This document shows, piece after piece, positions 12,401 through 22,900 of a stretch of DNA of 64,000 nt (the first letter of the stretch is position 1; each line of letters starts with the position of its first letter). The stretch is from assembly GCA_000934665.2 (NCBI GenBank), contig KZ538079.1, positions 1-64,000 on the forward strand. The letters run 5' to 3'. This DNA comes from Catajapyx aquilonaris (taxonomy: Eukaryota). The notes beneath the pieces were generated by a model. It saw only the letters and a program-made list of their open reading frames with translations, did no database searches and was not told the origin of the DNA. Both the position numbers and the translations under genes were made by a program.

Positions 12401-14647
12401 GTAACATATGTCAAAGGAATAGCCGACATGAAAGTAACACCGGTTACTCAGTGTTCTGCACTCAAGCCACTGACAATCTTCACGTGCATTAGTCACCTGC
12501 CGAGGAAGATTAATTGGGTGGCAAGTGTCCATTTGGGAGGAGAGGCCAAAAAGGAGCAGGCCTCGTCATAAAGCAACATCCAGATGGACCATAGAGTGGG
12601 TGGGAACCGTCTATTTCCGTACCCGGGGGCAGAAGGAAGGTTTGGCTTTCGGAGAAGCAGTTGCCGCTGGCTGGTTGGTGGGGAACTGTGTGTGGTAGTT
12701 GAGGTGGCAGGGGTGGAGGGGGCCCAGGTGGGTGGCTTGGGGGGGTCGGATTTGTTTTTAGGGGGGTGACCATGGGAGACACCGGTCCATTCTACACGTA
12801 CAAAGTGTCGCAGGAGATCCATCTGGACACGCCGGGGGCCGCTGACCCCAATGCGGACTTGGAAGGTAACCAGAACACACAAGGGACTCGAGTCTATTGT
12901 AACTCTCTTTTATTTCGGAGCACCCCACCGAATATTTGCAGCCACTTTGACCCTAAATCATTGGTTTTGGAGGGGGTGCGGGGGCGAGTGAGTTGCATAA
13001 AATTAGCACCATGCGTCATTCTTCCTACTCACACTTGGTTTTGGGCGGTGGGCCAAACCCAAAAGAGCAACTCTGTGTGCCAGATATGTCATGCCAGAAA
13101 GGCATCTTTACCGAGCAACTATGTCATCTCTGCGGGGCGTTTGAGGAAAACGAGTTGGGAGATTGGTTTTGGTTCAGACACCAATATTTGATTTGACAGG
13201 TGCCTCCAGCTTGATTGAGAACCAGTTTTGGATTTCACATGCATAAAATACTAGGCTAACGTTTGACTTTAAACCCCTTGCAGGTGAATACAGGGTGGGC
13301 ATCAAATTCAACGACCAGCATGTCCCTGACTCTCCGTACAAAGTCTACATCTCTCCGGCTATGGGCGAGGCTCGTAAGCTTGAAATTGCACAATTCCCTG
13401 ACAGCGGAGTCCAGGTCAACAAGCCGTCTGCCTTCATGGTCAGGAAGAATGGCGCCAAGGGTGAACTGGATGCCAAGGTATGACTTTGTCTATTACAAGC
13501 TTTGTCAAGGTGACCTATCACAGCAATACCTGTACATGCACATGTTACTAAATGTAATGACGTTCTGCAGGTGATCGCTCCATCTGGAGTAGAAGATGAC
13601 TGTTTCATCCAGTCACTAGACATGGACACGTACTCTGTCCGCTTCATGCCTCGTGAGAATGGAATCCACAACATTCACGTCAAATTCAATGGCGTTCACA
13701 TCCCTGGGTCACCTTTCCGGATGAAGGTGGGCAAGGATGATGCTGACCCTGCAGCTGTGCATGCAGAAGGAAAGGGCCTCCAGGAAATAAAAACTGGTGA
13801 GTTTTGCCTGGTCATGAATGTGCAAGACATACATACGGTATGATAAGTATGTGCACAAGTTTTAGTCAACTGTCGTGAAGCATTACCCTGCACCGTACTT
13901 ACTTTGACTTTGCGTACAGGCCAGAAGACAGACTTCATTGTGGATACCTGCAATGCTGGTGCTGGCACCTTGGCCGTGACCATTGATGGCCCCTCTAAAG
14001 TGTCCATGGATTGCACTGAAGTGGAGGAAGGTTACAAGGTGCGCTACACTCCTCTGGTTCCTGGAGACTACTTCATCAGCATGAAGTACAACGGATACCA
14101 CATTGTTGGATCGCCATTCAAAGTGCCATGCACAGGTATAAGCATATACTGCTAAAAATATGCTGATAGTATTAACCTGGCAAATGTATTGGTAGGTGAG
14201 GACTTGGCTGAACGAGGAGCCCAAGAGACATCATCTGTGGTGGTCGAGACGGTGCAGAAAATCTCAAAGAGCGGCCGAGGCAGTGGACCGATCCTCCCAC
14301 TGTTCAAGTCCGATGCTTCCAAGGTGACCAGCAAAGGTCTCGGCTTGAAGAAGGCATACATGGCCAAACAGAACCAGTTCTCCATCAGCGCTGGTGATGC
14401 AGGTGAGTGTCAACATGCTGATGTTGACCTACCTGTTCTAACACATGTCTCTCACTCAGGTAACAACATCTTGTACGTTGGTGTCCATGGCCCCAAGGGA
14501 CCTTGCGACGAGGTGTTCATCAAGCACATGGGCTACCACAACTATCAGGTCAATTACATGGTCCGCGACAGAGGAGAGTATCTCATCATTGTCAAGTGGG
14601 GAGACGAGCACATCCCAGGATCCCCGTTCAGGGTGGACGTCCTTTAG
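6338..14647 (+). CDS. cher: Filamin (cheerio/FLNA orthologue), 3' part, 12 exons: 6338-6473, 9458-9598, 10506-10634, 10700-11038, 11119-11322, 11619-12065, 12139-12378, 13284-13477, 13571-13796, 13920-14135, 14196-14402, 14460-14647; 5'-partial
   Basis: Exons splice in frame (2667 nt, 888 aa + TAG) into hinge + nine filamin Ig repeats with G/DSPF(Y)xxxV ends, e.g. [39 protein letters not shown]. Closely resembles Drosophila Cheerio C-terminal half as I recall it. Confidence 0.97.
8985..9150 (+). promoter_or_regulatory. Putative internal filamin promoter
   Basis: Poly-G tract (one N at 9000), TATATAAG near 9017, CCAAT 9046-9050, initiator-like TCAGTC 9141-9146 ahead of ATG 9174. Confidence 0.45.
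9174..9378 (+). CDS. cher: Putative alternative first coding exon of a short filamin isoform ([13 protein letters not shown]...FFFRTRQ)
   Basis: ATG 9174 lies 33 nt after TCAGTC (9141); open for 205 nt to AAG|GTATTA phase-1 donor; 79-nt intron to the 9458 acceptor keeps the frame. Confidence 0.55.
9458..9598 (+). CDS. cher: Filamin exon ([12 protein letters not shown]...NGEHVQ)
   Basis: ccgcag acceptor, AAG|GTACGG donor, Ig-repeat sequence. Confidence 0.95.
9844..9911. repeat. Perfect 20-bp inverted repeat, 28-nt spacer
   Basis: TCTTTACTACGCGACGAAGT / ACTTCGTCGCGTAGTAAAGA. Confidence 0.9.
10506..10634 (+). CDS. cher: Filamin exon ([19 protein letters not shown]...GAGA)
   Basis: AG/GT boundaries, in frame, Ig-repeat sequence. 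Confidence 0.95.
10700..11038 (+). CDS. cher: Filamin exon ([14 protein letters not shown]...LPNGNI)
   Basis: AG/GT boundaries, in frame, Ig-repeat sequence. Confidence 0.96.
11119..11322 (+). CDS. cher: Filamin exon ([11 protein letters not shown]...VDTRNA)
   Basis: AG/GT boundaries, in frame. Confidence 0.96.
11619..12065 (+). CDS. cher: Filamin exon ([13 protein letters not shown]...KDIHIP), followed by a GC donor
   Basis: tacag acceptor; CAG|GCAAGT donor needed to restore HIPGSPF. Confidence 0.94.
12139..12378 (+). CDS. cher: Filamin exon ([14 protein letters not shown]...YVVGEP)
   Basis: ttttctag acceptor, G|GTGAGT donor. Confidence 0.96.
12772..12865 (+). CDS. cher: Putative alternative first coding exon of a mini-filamin isoform ([31 protein letters not shown])
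   Basis: Strong context gaccATGG, GC3-rich codons, AAG|GTAACC phase-1 donor in frame with exon 13284. Confidence 0.55.
13284..13477 (+). CDS. cher: Filamin exon ([12 protein letters not shown]...GELDAK)
   Basis: ttgcag acceptor, AAG|GTATGA donor. Confidence 0.96.
13571..13796 (+). CDS. cher: Filamin exon ([12 protein letters not shown]...LQEIKT)
   Basis: ctgcag acceptor, G|GTGAGT donor. Confidence 0.96.
13920..14135 (+). CDS. cher: Filamin exon ([13 protein letters not shown]...SPFKVPCT)
   Basis: AG/GT boundaries, in frame. Confidence 0.96.
14196..14402 (+). CDS. cher: Filamin exon, hinge 2 and start of the last Ig repeat
   Basis: [14 protein letters not shown]...[26 protein letters not shown] donor. 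Confidence 0.96.
14460..14647 (+). CDS. cher: Filamin terminal coding exon (dimerisation Ig repeat, ...GSPFRVDVL*)
   Basis: ctcactcag acceptor, stop TAG 14645-14647. Confidence 0.96.
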
Positions 14648-16407
14648 AGGGGAAGAGAGACAGGCCATGTTCACGCAATGACCCCCCGGTTTTTTCCAGT
14701 TATGAATCTTCCTGGTATCCTTTCCTCGCCCCTGAACCCTCTCCACATCCTTTTATTTCCATCTCCTAAAAACTCTTCCATTGTTGGAGATTTTCCCAGT
14801 ATGAGCTTTCAATTTGTAATCATATTATTTTAGATCTTGTTGGTGCTGTTTTAGAGCCGTGTTTCCACATGGTGGGGAATGGCTCCTTATAGCTAGCTAT
14901 ATCTGTTTTTTTTTCTGTGAGTTGATTTTATAGTTTAACCGAAAATGAGGGAATTTTTTCGTGGCCAATAATTCTTAGATTCCCCGGTGAGCAAAAAAAG
15001 AAATGGACAAGAAATGCACCTGTTGAAAAATCTTTGGCCACCGTGAAATCCGCAGTGCGAGGCGGATGTAATCGTTTACTTATTGTCACATAGAGATGAA
15101 AAGTCTTGATAGGATTGCTCTTTACTGCCATTTATCCTGAGACTGCCTGTATCTGATGCAACTCATTGTGATGAAATCAATTTATATATCCTAAACCTGA
15201 GGTGGTGGGGGGGGTGGTTCGGTGCGAATTAACACGTGTGGTAGGCTGAGAAAATTGTTGGTGCCCTTTGTCTAAAGCACGCATGTGTTCAATACTTTGT
15301 GTGTGTGGCGGATAAAAATATTCCTCTACTACCAGGGCTTCCTTCCAAAAAGGTGTTCAACTTGTTAGTAAAAGTTTTAAAAAATGGTAAAAAAAAATTC
15401 CCCTATATGTCATGCATAAATCCCAGCAACATAAATGTGGAGATGGGCAGCTGCGGAAATCAGGCAATCGCCACTGTAACGTGGATCACTCTCAATCATC
15501 TCGTTATGCTCAACAGCGCCCAACCCAAAAATTGGGTGACAAGTGTTATCCCTCACTACTTTCCCTTCGAGCCTTTTTCCACTTCCTCCTTTTAAAATAA
15601 TTTAAAAAAATAATCATGTCATGAGATAGGCAGTGGTGAAGCGCACATTTTTCAAGACCAATGTCTGCCGCTGCATCCAAGTGCCTTTTGCATGGTTTGC
15701 ATCGTTCTCCACGCACACTACACAAGTTTTTGGCCTCACACACCCATTTACGGAGAAGAGTTTCAAACATCTTGCACGACTAATTACATGACAAGCGTAC
15801 CAATAACTAAATCTTTTTACTCGTTATGCTTATTGAAAAGGGGTCGACTCACACAGCAAGGATATATAATTTTACTAACTGCGCCTCCTCGTTTATATTA
15901 TTATCGTAATAACTACAGTGAAATTGGTTACAGCTTTTTTTTTTCCTCATGGATGATATTAAGCACAACCAAAAAGTGCCTTAAGGATTATTATTACATG
16001 AAAAATCCTTCCCCGCCCCCCAACTGCACCTTAAACCCTTCCGTACACATCCCGTAACCCGTAAATCCGTAGACTCGGTTCTTGCAGGGTTTTTTGCGAT
16101 AGCTTGTACACAACTTTGTTAAAAACTTAGCGATACTGCAGAGGCCATGACAGTGACTTGGAAGGGCCGGTAGCGTACGATTCGTTGTAAGACCTTTCAT
16201 CCAGGTACTTGTTGTTACGGTTATGTAGGTGCATATTTTGGAGGTGATGTGGATGAGTCTTTTTTGGGGGGAGCCCAATGTGACTGGCTCCTCTCCCAAA
16301 AAAACCATATCACTACGGGAGACTTTATATGTTCTAAGTTACACTTGAACAGGAGCCACCAACAGTGCTTGGACTGCCCCCTTTTGTGTGCAAGTTCTTG
16401 AAATTTA

Positions 16408-16413
16408 AATAAA
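16408..16413 (+). terminator. Probable filamin polyadenylation signal (3' UTR about 1.8 kb)
   Basis: First canonical AATAAA I found after the stop codon. Confidence 0.55.
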
Positions 16414-17027
16414 AGAGAATAATTTCCTCCGCTGGCTCATTTCATTTACAGAACAGGTCTTCTCATCGAAACCCTCCATTGTCTTCAAAACCTTGAATAT
16501 TAAGTGCTGTACTAATTTAGCTGCACTATATGATGGGTACCGTTAACTTTGTGTATCTTACAATTCTAGTTTCGCAGGTAAATTGATTCCTGATTACAAA
16601 TATTCAGCGTAATGCACTCCACTTCCCATCAGGTTGGTCGGTATTGAAATTTTCCCTGTAATCGCTCCTTCGAAACAGGGCCAACCCCAGCCGAGGCATC
16701 CATTTGCATAAATATCCAACGTGTAATGGGCTGTGAACTCGTACAGTCCTTTATTGACATTCCGCCTGAATTATGCAGAGAGAGCCCAGCAAGGTATTTT
16801 GGCAACTCCTGGGTCACAGCCATATACGTAGAAACCGTGATAGCGAATGGATTTTGGATCCAAATTTGGCATCCACCCAGTTGGTCTTATCATCACTGGT
16901 CGATTAGTGCCATATGATAGGGACTATCCTGCAGGGTATACTGTACCTCATCAGTGCTGGATGGCGTGTCACCTACCGCGTGGGCAATCCCTACACTGGT
17001 AGTGCACCTGTTTCGGTTGTTTGCTTC

Positions 17028-17410
17028 AGCCAATCCGGTGGCTCACGTGATCAAGAGCCAATCAGGATCAACCAGTACTTGTCGCCACCGGATTGGCTCT
17101 TAATCACATGACTGTCAGAGGTGCCAACAGCACTGCTGGTCACATGATCAGATTTAGCCAATCCGGTAGATCTTGATCACATGACCATCAGGGGCACCAA
17201 CTGTTGGTCACGTGATCTGAACTAGCCAATCCAGTGGCTCCCAATCACGTGACCAAAGGGAGCCAACTGCTTCTGGTCACGTGATCTGTTAGTGTCTCCT
17301 GATTGGCTCTTGATTACGTGATAATAATCGGAGGTGGCAACACTCCAGTCACGTGATCGGAATCAGCCAATCAGGTATCTCTCAATCACGTGACCAGCAT
17401 GGGCGCCAAT
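17028..17410. promoter_or_regulatory. Periodic E-box/CCAAT array upstream of the second gene
   Basis: Ten TCACRTGA-like sites (17043, 17104, 17140, 17177, 17208, 17245, 17277, 17314, 17349, 17386) and about nine CCAAT/ATTGG boxes in a ~70-bp degenerate unit. Confidence 0.7.
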
Positions 17411-17643
17411 ATGACCCAAGTAAGAGGGCCTTCCACTATAGAGTGTCTGGGCAGGCACACTTGACCTTCGCTAGTAGTGCGCGCGCGATTAAGACGCGTC
17501 TAAAAAATGAAGCTCCGCCCGATAGGGGCTGGGCTGTCAGCTAGGCTGGCTTCAGTCTGTGGCGGGAAGCGGTGGGGGACAGGCCGCTTTGCTTGTGTCG
17601 TGTGTTGTTGTTGTTGTGACCTGTGGTGACCTCCTCTCCAGCC

Positions 17644-17852
17644 ATGGGGTCGGAGCTGACCCAGGTGGAGGTGGAGCTCCGGAGGGCGCTGGCTGACAAG
17701 GAGAGGGTGATTGCGGGACAGGTGGGTGACCTGGACAAGATCAGACGTGACCTGGAGGAGGTAAAAGCGGAAAGAGACTCTCTGCTTTGCGAGGTCAACA
17801 AGCTCAAGTTCGAGCTGCAGATGACCGACCTCGTGCATCTCAGGGATCAAAG
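17644..17852 (+). CDS. First coding exon of a second gene; N-terminal coiled coil (tentatively Ca2+/calmodulin-dependent PDE1/Pde1c-like; PKG-type zipper is the alternative)
   Basis: TCAGTC at 17552, cagccATGG, strongly GC3-biased codons, heptads L5-L12-K19-Q26-I33-V40-L47-L54 and L16-I23-L30-L37-R44-V51-L58, AAG|GTCAGT phase-2 donor. Family identity is recollection only. Confidence 0.8.
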
Positions 17853-19310
17853 GTCAGTACAGGGTGAAAATAAGCTGCTACTTTTTATTAGCTGAAACTG
17901 TTGACAGCAGCGGATACGGCGTGTTAGTTGCCCAATTTGTGTGGGACATTTCTTGCTGTCGTCTGTCATCTGCGATTAAAATATTTCTGTAGGAAGTTTT
18001 TGGGAGGGCATCTGCAGGTCAAGGTCATCCGATGCACTGGCAGGTTGTGGAGACTTGAACGCTGGAATAAGTCAATTTAATTTGAGTACTTTGACCAGCT
18101 TCGTCATGACATGACTCACAAAATACTAGAGATTAGTAAGACACTTAACACTATTTGCACTGATATGATATCTAGTCTGGCAAACATGGTATGAGTGGTG
18201 CGTTGTAATATTTGCAGAATGTTTAACTATGAAAGTGACTCGAACTTTAGGGCAAAAAAAAGTATATGGGGCAAGTGCTTCAGGTTTTACAAGGAGTTAA
18301 TAGCTTAATTTGCATACTTACCTGTTTTTTTTACTGAATTGCACGTGGGCTTCCATTTTAGAGCATCATTGATTTATGAGCGTTGAATAGGGTTTACTGT
18401 GTAGCGACTCCCTGTAGGATAGGGGGAGAAAAAGTGGTAATTAACGCGTGTAGCGTAATCGAAGGGGAGAAACACGGTTTATCTTCGTTAACTAGGTTAA
18501 TGACTGGTGACACTTCAAGTGACTTAAGTCAGTTCACTTGATAAAAATTGAGAGCAATTTAATGGCCTGTATACACATGTGCATAATAATTCAACAATAT
18601 ATTATGCATTTGCTTTGTGTACTTTGGACAAAGAGACAGCATGAAGTTTACTGTGTGCATTGTTGTCCTATAGGGTTGTTTTCTGAGGGTACACGCAAAC
18701 CCCGAGAGTGTGGGTTGCTGGAAAGGGGAAATTCCAGCAAGTGCTTTGTCAGGTGCCACAGACAAACACTCTTTGTACTGAGAGGTTGAAGGGGTGAGTT
18801 TAACATGCGTCAGCCTCTTGTATACTAGAGGGCAGGGGTTGACAAACCCAACCTGGGTGATGGGAGAAAATTTTGTCGATTTTGCTGCAACCCTTTATGT
18901 GACTGTCTGTAACATAGGGGGCAGAACCCAACCTGTTCCAAGTTCCCCGGAAGAGGAAGTGTGCTGTCCAACCCACGTGGGTGCACCTTCTTGGCCAGTG
19001 TCCATATTTACAGTATAAAGCACTCCATGTCGCGGCGTTTGATGTGCAAATTATGCCAAGTTCATTGGATTACTCCCCCCGACGCAAATGTGCGAAGCCA
19101 AGCATAACAATTAGTATTGTTTACCAGGACGTGATGGGCGTAAGGGGGTTGATCTGGTCACGAAGCGGAACGGTTCGATTCGCTTCATTATCGAATTTTC
19201 GCTAATATTGGCTTGGAAATAATGAGCTACGGATCTGCGAGAAAATTGTGTCCTAAAGTGTCATGGCGGAGTTTTACGAACTTTGCACACATTTCCAGTC
19301 AGCCCAGTGA

Positions 19311-19556
19311 CACTCCTACCCCAGCCTAATGCGAACGCCCGTGCCCGTAGGGACGGTGATTGCCGCTTCGGCGCTGTTGTAGTGCTCAACTGTGTGGCGA
19401 CCCTTCGATTCCGCCTTTAGCACTTCGCATCGATATTATGACTGAGGATTCTACTAGAGGCAGAATCGTCCGCCAGGATCGCCATACAGTTGAGCACTAC
19501 ACCAGCGCCAAAGCGGCAACCCCTACACTCAAAGATGATAGGCTGGGGTAGGAGTG
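19311..19556. mobile_element. MITE-like foldback element
   Basis: Perfect 18-bp inverted ends CACTCCTACCCCAGCCTA (19311-19328 / 19539-19556) and inner 41-bp arms (19360-19400 / 19479-19519, 3 mismatches). Confidence 0.8.
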
Positions 19557-20693
19557 GCAGTGGGTTGGGTGCAACCCTGTATTTCACATGGATTTATTTT
19601 GGGGTTGACGTGGTTTGAATGTTGAAATCGACAATGGAAATGCATAGGATTAACCCGGATTTGGTGTGTGATACGTGTTTTTCGACACTATTTCGTGCGT
19701 GCTGATTGGAAGGGGAGGAAAACGCGAAAACCTCGATACGTGCAGTCGTCAATCGGTTATTTTCGCGACAAAAAATAATGAAGTGCAGGTTGGTTATAAG
19801 CCAAGTTTTTGGTCGGTTCGACACTTGGTTGAGCACTGCATTTACAGAGGGTGTATGTCGGATCGGCAGACCAGAACTCCGGTACTTCTAGAGCCAATTT
19901 TCACCTAATGGACTGTACAGTACTGAGGGTGTGGAAACTTCAGTTGTATGGAACTCAGCTACTTTTATTAAACAGTTATATCTGCTGATATTGAATTGAC
20001 TCATTTTTACCAGCGGTATTATCAGCTAATAGGAGTAACTGATTAATAAGCTGTCTTGGTAACTAATACAAGTTGCGTAGTTTCGTGATAAAATAAAACA
20101 TTCAATTAAACTATCTAATTCTATGGCTCTATTCAGCCAATCGTATTCAGTATTCAACCATGCATGTGACTTGGCGAAACGAATCAAAAGGAAATGAAAC
20201 TCTTCTCTCCAGCAGGGTTCTATTTAAAATGGAAGCTGTTATTGATCTGGGTACACCGGCGGTAAAAGTTATTTAACAGGGGCCTCCTACATTCTTTCAA
20301 GAGTTTTAATTACCTTCATTGTTGCACATACCAGGCTTAAAAAAGCAGTACAGTGCAGAGAAGGATCGATTCCCACGCTCCTTTTTGTAGGCTCACGTCA
20401 CTCCGCATATCAAAGTCTCTTTACGACAGCCATTAAGGTCCGCTCCGCTGCATTTAGTGAAATGCCATGTACGTTTGCCACCCATTTGATCCGGCTCTCA
20501 AATCTACAAACTCGGCTGATCCGACCCCTGGGCCAACACAGGGGGGTCAACCCTGCGCGGTTTTAACGACATGGGGGGGAGAAAAACGTGTCGTTCTGGC
20601 TTTGGAGGCCTGCTGCCATCGATTCCCAATGGAGTTTGTGGCAGTCCTTTCCTCGTATGAACCAAGAAATGGCAGTTATGTACTGTTCAGGAG

Positions 20694-20754
20694 CTAGGCC
20701 TGGTGCGAGGCTAGCATGCTCCACCTAGGCCTAGTACGAGGCTACCATGCTCCA
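20694..20754. repeat. 31-bp tandem duplication
   Basis: CTAGGCCTrGTrCGAGGCTAsCATGCTCCA twice. Confidence 0.85.
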
Positions 20755-22777
20755 AGCCACGTGGTCAGCCCTGAATTGGAAGGGTGTTGACTGGTGTTGA
20801 TCAGTTGACCAACATGTGAGGGGAGCGGTCTCCTTTGAAGGGCTGTCAGCATGTTTGTCTAACTGTTGGCGGATTCAATGAGCTGTAAGAGCGCAAATGG
20901 ACGCGCGACAGCCCTCGATTGAGTGTGGTGGAAATGCCGACATATCCTGGCTCCGACAAAAAGGATCAGACTTTTGCAGCGGACTGGATGTTGGTTTTGG
21001 CCCTGTCATAAGGGGATGCCACGTGTCGCAGCCATTTTTAAAAACAAAATATGAAAAAAAAAACTGGCTGACGATAGATGGAGCACACGCGGCCTGGTTT
21101 TTATATAGTAAGCAAGGATCAGATATTGCATTGCATTCTGCAATAATAATGCCACTGACTTCTGGCAAATGACTCTGTTGATGTGAGCCAACTGATGCTG
21201 CATAGTAAACAAACCTGTCGCGAACAAGATTTGTTTGATCTCCCAGACATTTCCTGGGGTGGGAGCTTGGGAGGGAAAAATGCTGTTTTCTTCCCTCAGT
21301 CATCTGCGACAGCCCTATAGCCTTTTTTGGACCCCCTTTGGCAAACCGACGAACTGGAAAAGAATCTGTAGAAATGGCAGAGGGAGGAGGAAGAAGAGAA
21401 ATAAAAAAGAAACACAATTCGACTCGCATTGTTATCCCTTCTAGCCATTCTGGAGACAAATGCGACCACACTTTGGCCGGGTTTTTATGTCGCTGGTGGA
21501 ATAAGAGGATTCTGTCCTGTCTTTGATGGACCATTATTTCCATTCCGATAGATGGACGTGGTAACTTCGCCTGTGTGAATGACCCCTGCATGATTGTTAG
21601 ACTTGAATCAAAGATGTCATGTACAATTCACATTTAACTTAATGGAATTTCCATGGTGTCCACCAGCTGCACCATGTGATAACAAGCCAATATGAATACA
21701 TCAGCAGGTGGACCACACACGCTTTCTCAGAAGGATAAGTGTATGTATATTTTGGTACAAAACGAGCCAAGATGAATCCTCTCGTCGAAAGGTCTGGTTT
21801 TAACAAGACCCGATACAAACTGTCCACAGGTCTGGATAAACATTCCCCCAAGAGGACTTTTTCTGAAGGGTCCGAAGCACACCCTGGGAGGATTAGACCA
21901 GGGTTTGGGTTTAGGATTATTATTATATCGAGCTGGAGACCAAGATGGGGGTTAGGTCTCACGGTCCCTGCTGGCTTATTGAAAGGATGGTGCCAAGACG
22001 GTCGTGGTTGCGTGAAAGGGGTCTGGGTTTTGGGTAATTGGGTGTGGGTAGCCCACAGACCCGGCCTTTTCCAAGCACGCTATTGCAGGGTTGGGTTTTT
22101 TATAGTGTTGTATGTGGAGCAGTTTTTTTTGGCATGAGGGGTCAATTGCACGTGGAGACTCAAAATATGGGGGGTACTTTTTTATTCATAATGTGACACG
22201 AGGTGACGGATTCGTGATCTGAACTGAACAAAGAGTGATTAACTCCTAGACTGCACCAAGAAGGATGATAGCCATGGCCAGACAGAGGCGGAAGACATGT
22301 GAAGGTTGCAACCTTCGTCTAATTGCCGTCTCACCAATGGGTGTGGTGCGCGGTACAAATCATCTCCGGATATGACCGCATTTTGGTCAGTTCATTGATT
22401 AATTTATATGGTGGCTTAGGGACATGCGATCCAGATTTACGACCTGTATTTCACTTCAAAGCGATGAAATTGCAGGGTTACTCTGCAGATAATGGCATGC
22501 CAAGATGACAATCAAATGCCCGTACCTGAGAGCTGTATGTTTTTTACTGGAGTTATTTAAGTGTGAAGGCGGAACCGATCGTGTAATACCGCTGCGAGGG
22601 GGTATGCCCGGATAAGGAAGGAGGTGCCAAACCGTCGCGCCTGGCGGCCTGGAAAAGTGAAAAGACGGCTGGGAAGACAAGCCCAGTAGACAAAAAAATA
22701 ACTGTTGGCTACAGGGCCAGTCAGCTGTTTTTGCCACGTGCTCAGCCAAGTCTGTGCCTCTGTCCATACCAGACCTC

Positions 22778-22900
22778 TGACACTCCTACCCCAGCCTTAT
22801 GGAGACCCCTGTTAGCGTAGTTCTTCCACCCGTTGTGAGTAGGCGCTGGTGTAGTCCCCAGGCCCCTGGCGGATGATTCTCCCTTTAGAAGAATCAATAT
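22778..22900. mobile_element. Truncated, diverged copy of the 19311 MITE family
   Basis: Shares TGACACTCCTACCCCAGCCT, GGCGCTGGTGTAGT and CTGGCGGAYGATTCT. Confidence 0.65.

Noticed and set aside
13380..13410. Equivalent of the vertebrate FLNA Ig22 Q/R A-to-I editing site
   Set aside because: The aligned residue is Pro (AQFPDSG versus SSLQESG) and is not at an exon end
14645..14660. Stop-codon readthrough of filamin
   Set aside because: TAG-A context is not a leaky context and I see no supporting downstream structure
9400..14769. Minus-strand and off-frame ORFs overlapping filamin exons
   Set aside because: Shadow ORFs caused by the GC3-biased filamin coding strand
17028..17410. CRISPR array or ERSE interpretation of the periodic repeats
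   Set aside because: Eukaryotic context, degenerate repeats with related spacers and no cas genes; no exact CCAAT-N9-CCACG match
20875..21591. Longest ORF in the track (238 aa, minus strand)
   Set aside because: No recognisable domain, no codon bias, homopolymer runs; probably chance
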